A stretch of DNA of 54,539 nt, from assembly GCA_031409655.1 (NCBI GenBank), contig JANNXQ010000124.1:1-54539 (forward strand), read 5' to 3'. Positions within the stretch are counted from its first letter, which is position 1. The number at the start of each line of letters is the position of its first letter. Positions 29,965 to 40,000 of this stretch are shown here, piece by piece. The DNA is from Chthoniobacteraceae bacterium (GTDB lineage: Bacteria > Verrucomicrobiota > Verrucomicrobiia > Chthoniobacterales > Chthoniobacteraceae). The notes under the pieces were generated by a model. It searched no databases. It was not told the DNA's origin and worked only from the letters and a program-made list of their open reading frames with translations. The translations under genes and the position numbers were made by a program.

Positions 29965-31041
29965 ATGCCGCAAACGATGGCCCCTATGATCACTCGTCTT
30001 CCGGCGTTGGACGGGGCTCGGGGGATCGCCGTCCTGCTCGTGCTCCTCGATCACGGCTCGGATGCGGAGATGCGGGTCTTTGCCGGTGCGGATGTGAACC
30101 GCGCCGGGAAGTACGGAGTGTATCTCTTTTTCGTCCTCAGTGCCTTCCTGCTCACCTGCCAGTTTGCGGCCTGGCAGCCCGCGCACTTTGCGCAGCCCCG
30201 CCGCTGGCTGAACTACGCTTTTCGCCGCTTCATCCGGATCTTCCCCGTCTATGTCAGCGTCCTCATCGCTTACGTGCTCATGGGAAAGTTGGACCTCCAC
30301 GACCTCCCGCCGCACCTCCTGCTCCGCGAAGGTGTTCATCAATTCTGGACCATCCCTGTGGAGTGCAAATTTTACCTCCTGCTGCCCTTTATTGCCTGCG
30401 CGCTTTTTTGGGCTGGGCGAAAAAGCTGGCGACTCGGGCTCGCTGCCCTCCTCGCCGTCGGCGCGCTGGCCGTCGGATTGAATGCGCTCGATGCACTCTG
30501 GTCAGTGCGCGGCGAAGTCCGCCTTTTGAAAAATCTCCCGCCCTTCCTCTTTGGCTCGGCACTGGCCGTTGGCTACACCGCACTCCAGCGCCATCCGCGG
30601 GGCCACCAGGCATCGGCACCCTGGTTGAAACTCGCCTCGGTCATCGCCGCATTGGCCATTCTCCTGCGCCTTCCCTTGGTGAATGAAGCGCTCTTTGCGC
30701 CTTTGGCCATCTTCTCCAAGGATCTCGATCCCACCGTCTGCGGCCTCCTCTGGTCCATCTTCCTCCTCGGAGCCATCCAGCCTACCGGCCTTCTCTCCGC
30801 CGTCATGCAATGGCGCCCATTGCGTTATCTCGGCATGATCAGCTTTAGCGCCTATCTGTGGCACCGGAAATTCATCAACGACATCGACGACTTTCCCGCA
30901 TCATCGCCGGTTCGCCTGCTGGTCTTCCTGATCGTCGTCATCGCCGTCGCCTCAGTGTCCTATTTCGTTTTGGAAAGACCGCTGCAAAAGCTCCGTCTGC
31001 GCACCACCCCACTCTCCAGTTCCACTCAGAGTGTGGGCTAG
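29965..31041 (+). CDS. Acyltransferase family 3 (OafA/YrhL-like membrane O-acyltransferase)
   Basis: LDGARGIAVLLV, GVYLFFVLSAFLL, RRFIRIFP, WTIPVECKFY, LGMISFSAYLWH and SYFVLERP. Confidence 0.9.
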   Translation: MPQTMAPMITRLPALDGARGIAVLLVLLDHGSDAEMRVFAGADVNRAGKYGVYLFFVLSAFLLTCQFAAWQPAHFAQPRRWLNYAFRRFIRIFPVYVSVLIAYVLMGKLDLHDLPPHLLLREGVHQFWTIPVECKFYLLLPFIACALFWAGRKSWRLGLAALLAVGALAVGLNALDALWSVRGEVRLLKNLPPFLFGSALAVGYTALQRHPRGHQASAPWLKLASVIAALAILLRLPLVNEALFAPLAIFSKDLDPTVCGLLWSIFLLGAIQPTGLLSAVMQWRPLRYLGMISFSAYLWHRKFINDIDDFPASSPVRLLVFLIVVIAVASVSYFVLERPLQKLRLRTTPLSSSTQSVG

Positions 31042-31072
31042 CTCAACTCGCAGCGGTCGCTCCAGATCCTCA

Positions 31073-33775
31073 CTAGCGCCACTTTTCGACGCTCTGCTTG
31101 ACGAGGTCGAACGCGGAAGCGCGGCCGCCCCTGGACCCGAGTTCGTCGCGGAAATCTTCCACTTCCGTCTGCATCTGCGCGACTCGCGGATAGGCGCTGG
31201 CGGCGCGGTCGCGGAGGACCCGCAGCATCAGCGCCCACAGACCCTTCGGCACCTTCCAGCCGGGAGCGGGCTTGGCTTGCGGCTTGGTCTCACCAGCCAC
31301 CGGCGGCGTCAGGGTCAGGATGTGGAAGAGGAGTTCGCCGAGTCCGGCAAGATCCACGCGGACGTCGGCTTCGTAGGTGCCGAGGTTTTCATGGCGAATG
31401 GTTTTTGCCTGATCCCAACCGGTGACCAGCACTTCGCCGAACTCGCCGACGTGGACGGATTGCGCGCTGAGATTGCCGTGCGCGATCCCTTCCGAATGCG
31501 CGAATGCGACCGCGTCGCAGACGCTGTGGAAGACGGTGAGCAAACGCTTGAGATCGAAGCGGACGATGGCGCTGTTCTTCTTCGCTTTGAGGTCTTCGAG
31601 GACCTTCGTCAGGCTCGAGCCCTTCATCAGTTTCGCCGTGTAAAAGGCGCGGCCTTTCGGGTCCACGCTCAGTTCATGGATGGACTGGATGTTCGGGTGT
31701 TCGAGACGGCCGATCATCTGGGCTTCGGCAATCAGTTGGGCGATCGCGGCAACTCGCGAGTCGGGATTGTCACCCGCGACTTTCATCGCGACCACGCGAT
31801 CGATATTCACGTCGCGCACCCGGAGCACGGCGGTGGCGGAATCGACCGGTGTCTCCCCGGAGACCTCGTATTTGTGGCGCGAGAGGAGCTTCTCGGCGGG
31901 CGTGAGTTGCAAGGAGGAAAGCTGCGCGACTCCACCCGTGGATTGTCGGGCCTGGAGCAGCTTTGATCGCAAGCCAGCGAGCAGTTCGCCGAGCCGGACC
32001 ACGGTTTCGGATTTCGCACCGCTGCCCGCGATTCCGCGGAGCATCTTTTCCGCATCGGCGAGTTCCTGGGCGAGCGGTGAACCTTCATCGAGCAAGCTCT
32101 CCATTTCCCTTCGCGCGTTGCGCGTTTCGTCGAGCACGGCAAAGGTTTTCTCGCGTTCCTTGAGGTAGTAGTCGCGCTCCTTTTCGATCGTCACCTTGAT
32201 TTCCGCGACTTCCTGCTCGGATTTCTCGAGGCGGATGAGTGCCTTATCGCGTTCCTCCACGATGGTGAATCGCTCGTTTGCCAGCTCTCCGACCTGCTTT
32301 TTGTTGCTGTCTTTCAGCCGTTCGAGACGCGCGAGCAGTTCCTCCTGCTCCGCCGCTGCACGCTTCAACTTTTCACCCATCGCCGCGATCTCGGAGCGCA
32401 ACGAATCCGAGCGCAACGCCAGCGATCCCACATCGCCCTTGTGCGAGTCCGCGCTGCGCTCGAGTCGGACCAGCGCGCGATCACGCTCTTCGATGGTGGT
32501 GTCGCGCTCTTCGGTCAGCGCGTCCAGTTGCCGTTTGTGATTTTCCCGAGCCCGGGTGTTCAAGGCGATCGCCTCGTCGCGCTCCCGCAGCGCCTGTTCG
32601 CGGTCCGCCTGGAGCGCGACCAGAGCTTTGGATTTTCCGGCGTGCTCCGCATTGAGCGCTTCGATCTCAGCGCGATGCACCTCGCAAGTCCGCTCCCACT
32701 TCACCTTCACCGCCTGCTGCGCTTCGGCGAGCGTGGCGCACTCCGCGGTCAGCGCCTCGATCCGCTTTTGCTGCACCGCGTTGACCTCACCGAGTTGCGC
32801 GAGAGCCTGGTCGCGCTCGCTCACGGCTGCGGCCCGCTGCTCATCGAGCGAGGTGATCCGCCCCGCTTGCGTCCTGGTCACGGTCTCCAGATGCCCGAAG
32901 GTTTCGTCGCGCTTCGCGATGAGCGCGACGCGGTCTTCGGCGAGGGCGCTGAGTTGCTGCTGTTGCGCGGCATTCACGGCGCTCAACTTCTCGATCGCCG
33001 CCTCCTTCTCCCGCACCACGGCATCGCGTTCCTTGCAGAGAGATTCGATCTGCTCACGCTGGGCTTTGCTGATCGCTTCGAGCCGCGTCACGTCGTCGCC
33101 CTTTTCCTTCCCGACGGAAACGCGGTGCAAGTTGAGCGACTCGATCTGCTTCGCCTGCGCTTCCGTCATCTCGGTGAAGCGCGCCAGCACCGCAGCGCGC
33201 TCCTTGCTCACGGAATCACGCTGCACGGCGAGCGCCGCGAGTTGCGCCTTATGCGCTTCGGTCATCTGCCGGAGATCCTCGCGGAGTTGTTCGCGCTCTT
33301 TGATCGCCGCATCGCGCTCGACCGTCAGCGACTCGTGCAACTTCACCTGCGCCGCATTCGCCTCCGTGAACTTCAGGAGGGTCACGTCGCGATCCGTGGT
33401 CAGCGCGGTCTTCTCCCCGACGAGCCCGGCGACGGTCGCTTCCCGCGCTTTCTGATTCTTCGCGAGCTTTGCCACCAATCCATCGCGCTCCGCCGTCAGC
33501 CGTCCGCACTGTTTGTTGAGCGTTTCGAGCTGCCGACGCTGCGTTTCATTCACGCGCGCCAGTTCCGCCGCTGCCGCGTCCCGCGCCTTGAGCGCCGCCT
33601 CGCGCTCCGTCTCGATGGCCTTGATTTGCAAAGTCTGAGCAGTATTCAGTTTCGTCAGCCGTTCCGCGGATTGCTCCCCTTCCCTCGCGGCTGCCGTGTG
33701 CGCTTGCTCGAGGGCCTCGATCTGCCGCTTCTGCGCCTCCGCGGTTTCATTCAAGCGCGCCACCGCCGCTTCCTT
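31073..33775 (-). CDS. 3' part of giant coiled-coil protein, ending in a Ser/Thr kinase-fold (pseudokinase) domain
   Basis: Same frame as 33776..39817. VAMK, EAQMIGRLEHPNI and VCDAVAFAHSEGIAHGNL at ~31130-31880. Confidence 0.8.
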   Translation of the reverse strand, partial: KEAAVARLNETAEAQKRQIEALEQAHTAAAREGEQSAERLTKLNTAQTLQIKAIETEREAALKARDAAAAELARVNETQRRQLETLNKQCGRLTAERDGLVAKLAKNQKAREATVAGLVGEKTALTTDRDVTLLKFTEANAAQVKLHESLTVERDAAIKEREQLREDLRQMTEAHKAQLAALAVQRDSVSKERAAVLARFTEMTEAQAKQIESLNLHRVSVGKEKGDDVTRLEAISKAQREQIESLCKERDAVVREKEAAIEKLSAVNAAQQQQLSALAEDRVALIAKRDETFGHLETVTRTQAGRITSLDEQRAAAVSERDQALAQLGEVNAVQQKRIEALTAECATLAEAQQAVKVKWERTCEVHRAEIEALNAEHAGKSKALVALQADREQALRERDEAIALNTRARENHKRQLDALTEERDTTIEERDRALVRLERSADSHKGDVGSLALRSDSLRSEIAAMGEKLKRAAAEQEELLARLERLKDSNKKQVGELANERFTIVEERDKALIRLEKSEQEVAEIKVTIEKERDYYLKEREKTFAVLDETRNARREMESLLDEGSPLAQELADAEKMLRGIAGSGAKSETVVRLGELLAGLRSKLLQARQSTGGVAQLSSLQLTPAEKLLSRHKYEVSGETPVDSATAVLRVRDVNIDRVVAMKVAGDNPDSRVAAIAQLIAEAQMIGRLEHPNIQSIHELSVDPKGRAFYTAKLMKGSSLTKVLEDLKAKKNSAIVRFDLKRLLTVFHSVCDAVAFAHSEGIAHGNLSAQSVHVGEFGEVLVTGWDQAKTIRHENLGTYEADVRVDLAGLGELLFHILTLTPPVAGETKPQAKPAPGWKVPKGLWALMLRVLRDRAASAYPRVAQMQTEVEDFRDELGSRGGRASAFDLVKQSVEKWR

Positions 33776-36700
33776 TTATTTCAAGAATTCGCCGCGCTGT
33801 TTGTGCAGCGATTCAAGCTGTTCGCTTTGCGCCTTGTTCACCTGGCCGAGCCGCTCCAGCGCTTCGTCTTTCGCGCGGATCATCGACTTGCGTTCGCGTT
33901 CCAGCGTCTTGATCTGCTTCGTCTGCGCGGCGTTGAGTTCCGCGAGTTCCTGCCGCGACTGCTCACCTTCGGCGATGGCGTGATCGCGCTGCCGGACGAG
34001 CGCCTCGATCTGCGCCTTCTGCGCCGCATTGATCCCCGCAAATTGCCCGAGTGCTTCGTCCCGCTCTTTGCGGAGCGCCTCCGAGCTGAGCGCGAACCCC
34101 TCGATCTGCTTCTTTTGCGAGCCGCTGATCTCGGCGAAGAACGCCTGCGGTCGATCTTTCTCCGCGATGAGGGCATCCCGCTGCTGGGCGAGCGCCTCGA
34201 TCTGCTCTTTTTGCGTCGCCGCGATCTCCGCGAACCGCGCCCGGATTTCATCGCGCTCGCCGATCAATGCCTCCCGCTGCGCTTGCGCCGAGGTCAGTTG
34301 CTCCTGCTGGGCCGTGACCACGGCCGTGAGTTGCGCGATCGCTTCGCCCCGGGCCTTGAGCAGGCCAGCCCGCTCGTCTTCGAAAAATGCCGACTGCTGG
34401 TGGTGCGCTTCCTTGAGCTGCACGAGCCCGGTTGCCGCCTCGTCCTTGGCGGCATGCAGCGCGGTGATTTGCGCATTGAGCAAAGTGATCCGCTGCGTCT
34501 GCGCTTCGTTCGCGCGGAGCAGTTCAATGTGAATGCGGTCACGCTCCTGCAAAGCCGCAGCATGCTCGGCGCGCAGGCTCGTGAGCTGCGAATCCTTGTC
34601 CGCGCGAATCGTGGTGCAGTCCGCGGTGAGCGCCTCCATCTGGCGCTTCTGCGTCTCGATGATCTTCTCCAACTCTGCCGCCGCTTCCCCCCGCTGCGCC
34701 AGCACCGACCGATGTTCGGCCCGCAGCGCTTCGACTTCCCGCAGCCCGTCCTGGCGCTCTTCGACCACCTCCGCCAGGGCCCGATCCCGCTCCGCCGCGA
34801 CCGCCTCGCGCTGCTGCGCCAGCGTCGCCGCCGCCGCCGCGTGCTCGTCGCACACCTTGGCAAAACGCGCGAGGGTCTCATCGCGTTCCTGGAGCACCGC
34901 CGCGCGTTGCGCCGCGATTTCCTCGTGCTCGCGCCGATGCTCCGCCGTTTCGGCCGCGAGCCGGGCCACCACGTCGTCGCGCTCCTTGATCAGAAAGTCC
35001 CGCTGCTGCGTGAGCGATTCGAGCTGCGCTTTTTGCACGCTGATCGTTCCGCTGAGTTCCTTGGCGGTCGCCCCTTTTTCCTCGAGCACCCGGCCGCGGT
35101 CGGCGCCGAGCACCTGCAAGCTCTGGCGCAGCGCTTCGATCTCCGCCGCGGAACGGCGCTCCGTTTCATGGAGCCGGTTGGCGAGCAGGTCGCGTTCGCC
35201 GATCAGCGCTTCGATCTGCCGTTGCTGCACCACGCCCTGCTCGGAAAAGCGCGCCAGCACCGCATCGCGTTCGCGCACCACGACGAGCCGATCCTCCTCG
35301 AGCCGCGTGAGGTGCTGCTCATGGCCGCCTTTGATCTGCTCGAGCTGCGCCACCGTCTGGTCGCGCAAGGCGATGACACTCAGTCGCTCCGCCGCACCGG
35401 CGGCAAGCTGGTGGCGGTGGGTCTCGGCGATTTCCGCAAAATGGGCGAGGGCGCGATCCCGCTCGCCGATCAGGCGTTCTCGCTGATCAGTGAGCGCTTC
35501 GATCTGCCGGCGTTGTTCCACCGCGAGTTCCGCAAATTGCGCCGCGGCCCGATCCCGCTCCTGGCGGGCTTCGAGCCGCTCCGCTTCCAGCGCCGCGATC
35601 CGAGCCCCTTGGGAACCAGTGCTCTCATTCAACCGCGCCAGAGCCGCGTCCCGCTCCCGCGTGACCGCCGCCCGCTGCTCGTTCAGCGCGGCGATTTGCT
35701 GCCGCAATTCTTCGCCCGCCTGCGCTGCCTGGGCGCTTTCCTCGGCCGCGGCATTCAATGCTCCGCGAGCCTCCGCCTTTTCGCGCTTCTCCACGTCGAG
35801 CTCCGCAGCCAGCCCACGGGCCGACTCGCGCAGCTCCGCGATTTCGCTTTCGAAGGCGGCGCCCCGCTTCGCCGTTTCCTCGGCCGCCAGCTTTGCCTGC
35901 GCTTTCATCGCCTCGACCAGTTGCGCATGGACCCGCGCGGCCTCCTCTTTTTCCCGCGCGATCACGGCGCGCTGCTCGCTCAGCACCGCGAGTTCTTTGA
36001 GGCGCGCTTCGTTGATCTTCGTGGCCGCCGCGATCTCGTCCGTGCCCGCGGAGAGGATCTTGTCACACTCGGCCGTCAGCCCTTCGATCTGCGCGCGCTG
36101 CGCGACATTTAACTCGGTGAGCTGGGCGATGGTCTGCTCGCGCTCGCGGATCGCCGCCGCGCGCTCTTCCTTCAAGCCATCGATCTCGGCCGCAAATCCC
36201 GCGCGGAGTTCCGCAAATTGGGCAAATGCCCGATCCCGTTCTGCCACCATGGCTAGTTGTCCGATGCGGAGATCTTCGAGGTGCCGTTTGTTCGCATCGG
36301 AGACGCTGGCAAAATGCCCGAGCGCCTTGTCGCGTTCGGCGACCAGAGCCGCGCGCTGCGCACTCACGCTTTCGAGCTGCGCCTTCTGGCCCTCGGTGAG
36401 TCGGGTCAAGTGATCGACCACGGAAGTCCGCTCGCCGAGCACTTCCTCGCGCTGCCGTTTCAGCGCCTCGATCTCGTGCCGGCCAGCCTCGGCGGCGCGC
36501 AGAGCCTCTTCGAGCTGCGGCTGTCGTTCCGCGGCTTCCCTGGCCAGTTGGTCGCGCTCCGAGCGCAGCGCTGCCTGCTGCTCCTGACTCGCGTCTTGCA
36601 GCTTCGCGAGTTGCCAGCGGGCCTCGTCCCTTTCCTGCAGCGCCGCCTGTTTTTCGCCACCGAGCCGCGCGAATTCCAACCCGCGGGATTCGTCGAGCTT

Positions 36701-39700
36701 AACGAGCTGATCGGTGAACGCCGCTTTCGCCGTGGCTGCCTCGCTCCGCTGGCGGTCGAGTTGCGCCTGCCGGTCGGAGGCATGCTTCGCGAGGTTTTCA
36801 CGCTCCTGGCGCAAGGTGGCGATCTGCTGCTGGCTCGCGGCTTCGAGCGCCGCAAGTTGCCGCTGCACTTCATCGCGCTCGTTCAGCGCCGCCTGTTTTT
36901 CTCCAGCGAGCCGCTCCGCCTCTGCCGCGGCCGTCGCAGCCAGTCTGGCCAGTTCCGCCGCGAGCGCTTCTTTCGCCGCGAGCGCTTCGCTGCGGTGTTG
37001 CTCGAGTTCGGCCTGCAACGCCGTGGCTTGCCCGGCCAGGGCGTCGTGTTTCTGCCCGAGTTCCGCGAGCCGTTGCTGACTCGCAGCTTCCGTCTCCGCG
37101 AGCTTTTGCCGCACCGCTGCACACTCATCGCGGGCGGCCTGGCGCTCGCTGCTCAGGCGCTTGTTTTCGGCCGCGCGCGTTCCATCGAGTTTTGAAATCT
37201 GTCCGGTCAACGCCGCCTTCGTGGCTTCGGTTTCGGCGCGCTGGCGATCGAGTTCAGCCTGCCGCTCGGTTGCTTGTTTTGAAGATTCATCCCGCTCCGC
37301 GCGCAGGGCGGAAAAACGTTTCTCGGTCGCCGTTTTGTGCTCGCTGAGTTCGCGCCGCGCCGCCTCGCACTCATTGAGCGCCGTTCGTTTTTCTTCAGTC
37401 AGTCGCGCGACTTCCGCCCCGCGCGATTCGCCGAGCTTCGCCAATTCCCCAGCGAGCGCCGCCTTTGCGCTCTCGGCCTCCTGCTGCTGGCGGTCCAGGG
37501 CTTCTTCGAGCTTCGTGAGATTCGCCGCGAGGGCCGCCTGCTCAGCGGCCGCGGCGCTCTGCCGACGATCCAGTTCCTCATGCAGGGCTTCGGCTTGTTT
37601 GGCGAGAGCCTCGTGTTGCTCTTCGATGGTCGCGAGCTTCTGCCGGACCGCTTCCCCTTCATCGTACGCCGCCTGCCGCTCGCTGGTAAGACGCTCGATT
37701 TCGGTCCCGCGGGCCTCCTCTACTTTTGCCAGTTGGCCAGTGAGCGCGGCCTTCGCCTTCGCCGATTCCTGGCGCTGGCGGTCCAGTTCGGCCTGCCACT
37801 CCGCCGCATGTTTCGCGAGTTCATCCCGCTCGGCCCGCAGCGCCGCGAGTTGCCGTTCCGTCCCGGCCTCGTTTTCCTCCAGCTTGCGACGCGCTTCGTC
37901 ACGCTCATTTTGCGCCGCCAGTTTTTCCCCAGTCAGCCGGGCGACCTCCGCGCCGCGCGATTCACCCAGCTTCGTCAACTCACCAGCCAGCGCCGTTTTC
38001 GCGCTCGCCGCTTCGTCGTGCAGTCGATCCAGCGCCGCCTGCCGTTCCTCAGCTCGCGCGGCAATTTCATCATGCGCCTGCTGCAAGGCCGCGAGTTGCT
38101 GACCGCTGGTGGCTTCGAGGTCCGCGAGCTTCTGCCGTACTTCGTCGCGCTCGATCAGCACCGCCTGTTTCTCGCCGGCCAGGCGCTCGACTTCCGAACT
38201 CCGCGAGGCATCGAGCTTCGTCAGCGCGCCCGTCAGCGCGGCCTTCGCCATCGCCGCTTCCTGGCGCTGGCGGTCCAGTTCGGTGTGCCGCTCGGTGGCC
38301 ATCTGCAGAGCTTCCTCATGTTCCGTCTGCAGGGTAACAAACTGCTGTTTGCTCGCCGCCTCGTGTTCCAGGAGCCTCTGCCGCGCTGCATCCCGCTCGG
38401 CCATGGCCGCCTGGTTCTCGCTGTTCACTTTCTCGAGTTCCTCGCTCCGAGCGCCCCCGAGTTTCGTCAGTTCCTCGGTGAGCGCAGCGTTCGCCCTGAC
38501 GGTGGCGTCGCGCTGTTGGGTGAGGGCGGCGATTTCACGCTTGTTCGCCTCGATCACCCGCGCTGCGGCATTTAGTTTCTGTTCGCGTTCCCGGGAGAGG
38601 TTTGCCGTCTCATCGCGATCGCGGAGCAAATTCGCGAGCCGCGTTTCCACTTCGCTCCCGCTGGACTCCGATTGCTGCCGCGCGGCGTCCCGCTCTGCCG
38701 TGAGCGTCTCGATCTGCCGACGTCCGACCTCGGTCAGTCTTTCGATCTCCGCCGCGTGTTGCTCCCGCAGTGCCTGCTGCACTTCGCGTTCCTGCGCCGC
38801 CTCGGCGATGGCCGCGTCCCGGGCCTGCATCACGGCCGCGTTTTCCAGTCGCAGGGTTGCCACTTCCTTGTTCAAAGTCTCGCGCACTTGGACGACTTCC
38901 GCCCGGGCGCGCTCTTTCTCCGCATCCAGCGCCGCTTGCTGCCTCTGCCGGGCGACCGCCTGCTCGTGGCACTCGGCATCGGACTTCTGCAGCAGCGCGG
39001 TCAAAGTCTCACACTGCTCTTCCAACTCGCGCCGCTGATTTTCCTGGCTGGCGTGGACGCGCTCGAGATCCGCCTTGGAGACCAGACTCTCGGCCTCCCG
39101 CGTCACCGCCGAATCTTCCATCGCGGAATACTTCTTGAGCTCGTTGTTCAAGAAGTAAACTTCAGCCAGAGCCTGATCGTGTGCTTGGACGATGGAGAGT
39201 TGTGCCGCCTTCAGCGTCTCGATCTCCGTCTTCCACGCCTCCGTGTCGCTCGGCAGCTTCTCGAGCTTTTCCCGACTCTTCTCGAACTCTGCTTTCAAAC
39301 CGGCCATCTCGCGATCCGCCGCCTGCATCTGGGCGCGCAGGAGATCCTTTTCCACGACCGCCGCATCGCGGCCCTGCTGGGCCTCCGCGAGCGCCTTTTG
39401 CAATTCCTCGAGCCGCTGTTTCGCCGCGTCCGCGCCGTTGCCACTCCCGGCGTGACCGTTCCCGTTTCCGTTGCCATTGCCATTGCCGTTCTGGCCGGCG
39501 CGCACTTTCGTTGCCTCGATCAAACGCACTTCGACGGTGCCTTCGGTGCCGATCCGGATGGGTTTTCCGGGAAGGACTGCCTGCTCGCCCTGGACCAGGT
39601 CATCGCCCAAATAGGTGCCATTCGTGCTCTCCAAATCCTGAACCGTGAACCGGTCTTGCTCGACCGTAAGCTTCGCATGTTTGCGCGAGATGCCGGTGCC

Positions 39701-39817
39701 ATCAAAGAGGATGTCACACGAAAGATCGCGCCCGATGACGTAGTCACCGGGCCCGACCAGGTAGCGGGCGATGGCCTTAGGCCCCTCCCTGACAATGATT
39801 TCTGCCTGTTTCTGCAT
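33776..39817 (-). CDS. 5' part of giant protein: FHA domain, GN linker and long periodic coiled coil; ends at in-frame TAA
   Basis: FHA motifs IGRD...ISRKHA...QDLESTNGT. The rest is A/E/R/Q/L-rich helical sequence with 82-aa and 32-aa periodicity. The start at ATG 39817 is inferred. Confidence 0.8.
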   Translation of the reverse strand: MQKQAEIIVREGPKAIARYLVGPGDYVIGRDLSCDILFDGTGISRKHAKLTVEQDRFTVQDLESTNGTYLGDDLVQGEQAVLPGKPIRIGTEGTVEVRLIEATKVRAGQNGNGNGNGNGNGHAGSGNGADAAKQRLEELQKALAEAQQGRDAAVVEKDLLRAQMQAADREMAGLKAEFEKSREKLEKLPSDTEAWKTEIETLKAAQLSIVQAHDQALAEVYFLNNELKKYSAMEDSAVTREAESLVSKADLERVHASQENQRRELEEQCETLTALLQKSDAECHEQAVARQRQQAALDAEKERARAEVVQVRETLNKEVATLRLENAAVMQARDAAIAEAAQEREVQQALREQHAAEIERLTEVGRRQIETLTAERDAARQQSESSGSEVETRLANLLRDRDETANLSREREQKLNAAARVIEANKREIAALTQQRDATVRANAALTEELTKLGGARSEELEKVNSENQAAMAERDAARQRLLEHEAASKQQFVTLQTEHEEALQMATERHTELDRQRQEAAMAKAALTGALTKLDASRSSEVERLAGEKQAVLIERDEVRQKLADLEATSGQQLAALQQAHDEIAARAEERQAALDRLHDEAASAKTALAGELTKLGESRGAEVARLTGEKLAAQNERDEARRKLEENEAGTERQLAALRAERDELAKHAAEWQAELDRQRQESAKAKAALTGQLAKVEEARGTEIERLTSERQAAYDEGEAVRQKLATIEEQHEALAKQAEALHEELDRRQSAAAAEQAALAANLTKLEEALDRQQQEAESAKAALAGELAKLGESRGAEVARLTEEKRTALNECEAARRELSEHKTATEKRFSALRAERDESSKQATERQAELDRQRAETEATKAALTGQISKLDGTRAAENKRLSSERQAARDECAAVRQKLAETEAASQQRLAELGQKHDALAGQATALQAELEQHRSEALAAKEALAAELARLAATAAAEAERLAGEKQAALNERDEVQRQLAALEAASQQQIATLRQERENLAKHASDRQAQLDRQRSEAATAKAAFTDQLVKLDESRGLEFARLGGEKQAALQERDEARWQLAKLQDASQEQQAALRSERDQLAREAAERQPQLEEALRAAEAGRHEIEALKRQREEVLGERTSVVDHLTRLTEGQKAQLESVSAQRAALVAERDKALGHFASVSDANKRHLEDLRIGQLAMVAERDRAFAQFAELRAGFAAEIDGLKEERAAAIREREQTIAQLTELNVAQRAQIEGLTAECDKILSAGTDEIAAATKINEARLKELAVLSEQRAVIAREKEEAARVHAQLVEAMKAQAKLAAEETAKRGAAFESEIAELRESARGLAAELDVEKREKAEARGALNAAAEESAQAAQAGEELRQQIAALNEQRAAVTRERDAALARLNESTGSQGARIAALEAERLEARQERDRAAAQFAELAVEQRRQIEALTDQRERLIGERDRALAHFAEIAETHRHQLAAGAAERLSVIALRDQTVAQLEQIKGGHEQHLTRLEEDRLVVVRERDAVLARFSEQGVVQQRQIEALIGERDLLANRLHETERRSAAEIEALRQSLQVLGADRGRVLEEKGATAKELSGTISVQKAQLESLTQQRDFLIKERDDVVARLAAETAEHRREHEEIAAQRAAVLQERDETLARFAKVCDEHAAAAATLAQQREAVAAERDRALAEVVEERQDGLREVEALRAEHRSVLAQRGEAAAELEKIIETQKRQMEALTADCTTIRADKDSQLTSLRAEHAAALQERDRIHIELLRANEAQTQRITLLNAQITALHAAKDEAATGLVQLKEAHHQQSAFFEDERAGLLKARGEAIAQLTAVVTAQQEQLTSAQAQREALIGERDEIRARFAEIAATQKEQIEALAQQRDALIAEKDRPQAFFAEISGSQKKQIEGFALSSEALRKERDEALGQFAGINAAQKAQIEALVRQRDHAIAEGEQSRQELAELNAAQTKQIKTLERERKSMIRAKDEALERLGQVNKAQSEQLESLHKQRGEFLK

Positions 39818-40000
39818 ATGATTCACTCCCGTGATTTGCGACGAAAAACGTCGCAGGTTTGAGGGGAACAGAATTTGCGCCAAAAGGTCCGGTAAAACAA
39901 GGCAATCCCCAAAGGCTCGGCGAAGGCGAATTTTCCCCTACTCCCGAGCCTTTGGTCGAAACCGATTGTGGCCAGCACTCCCGCTTCTTAGCCTCCGGCC

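Noticed and set aside
32441..36112. 1,223-aa plus-strand ORF and other long antisense ORFs (3692, 27798, 41301, 51447)
   Set aside because: These are shadows of high-GC genes on the opposite strand, with no recognisable motifs.
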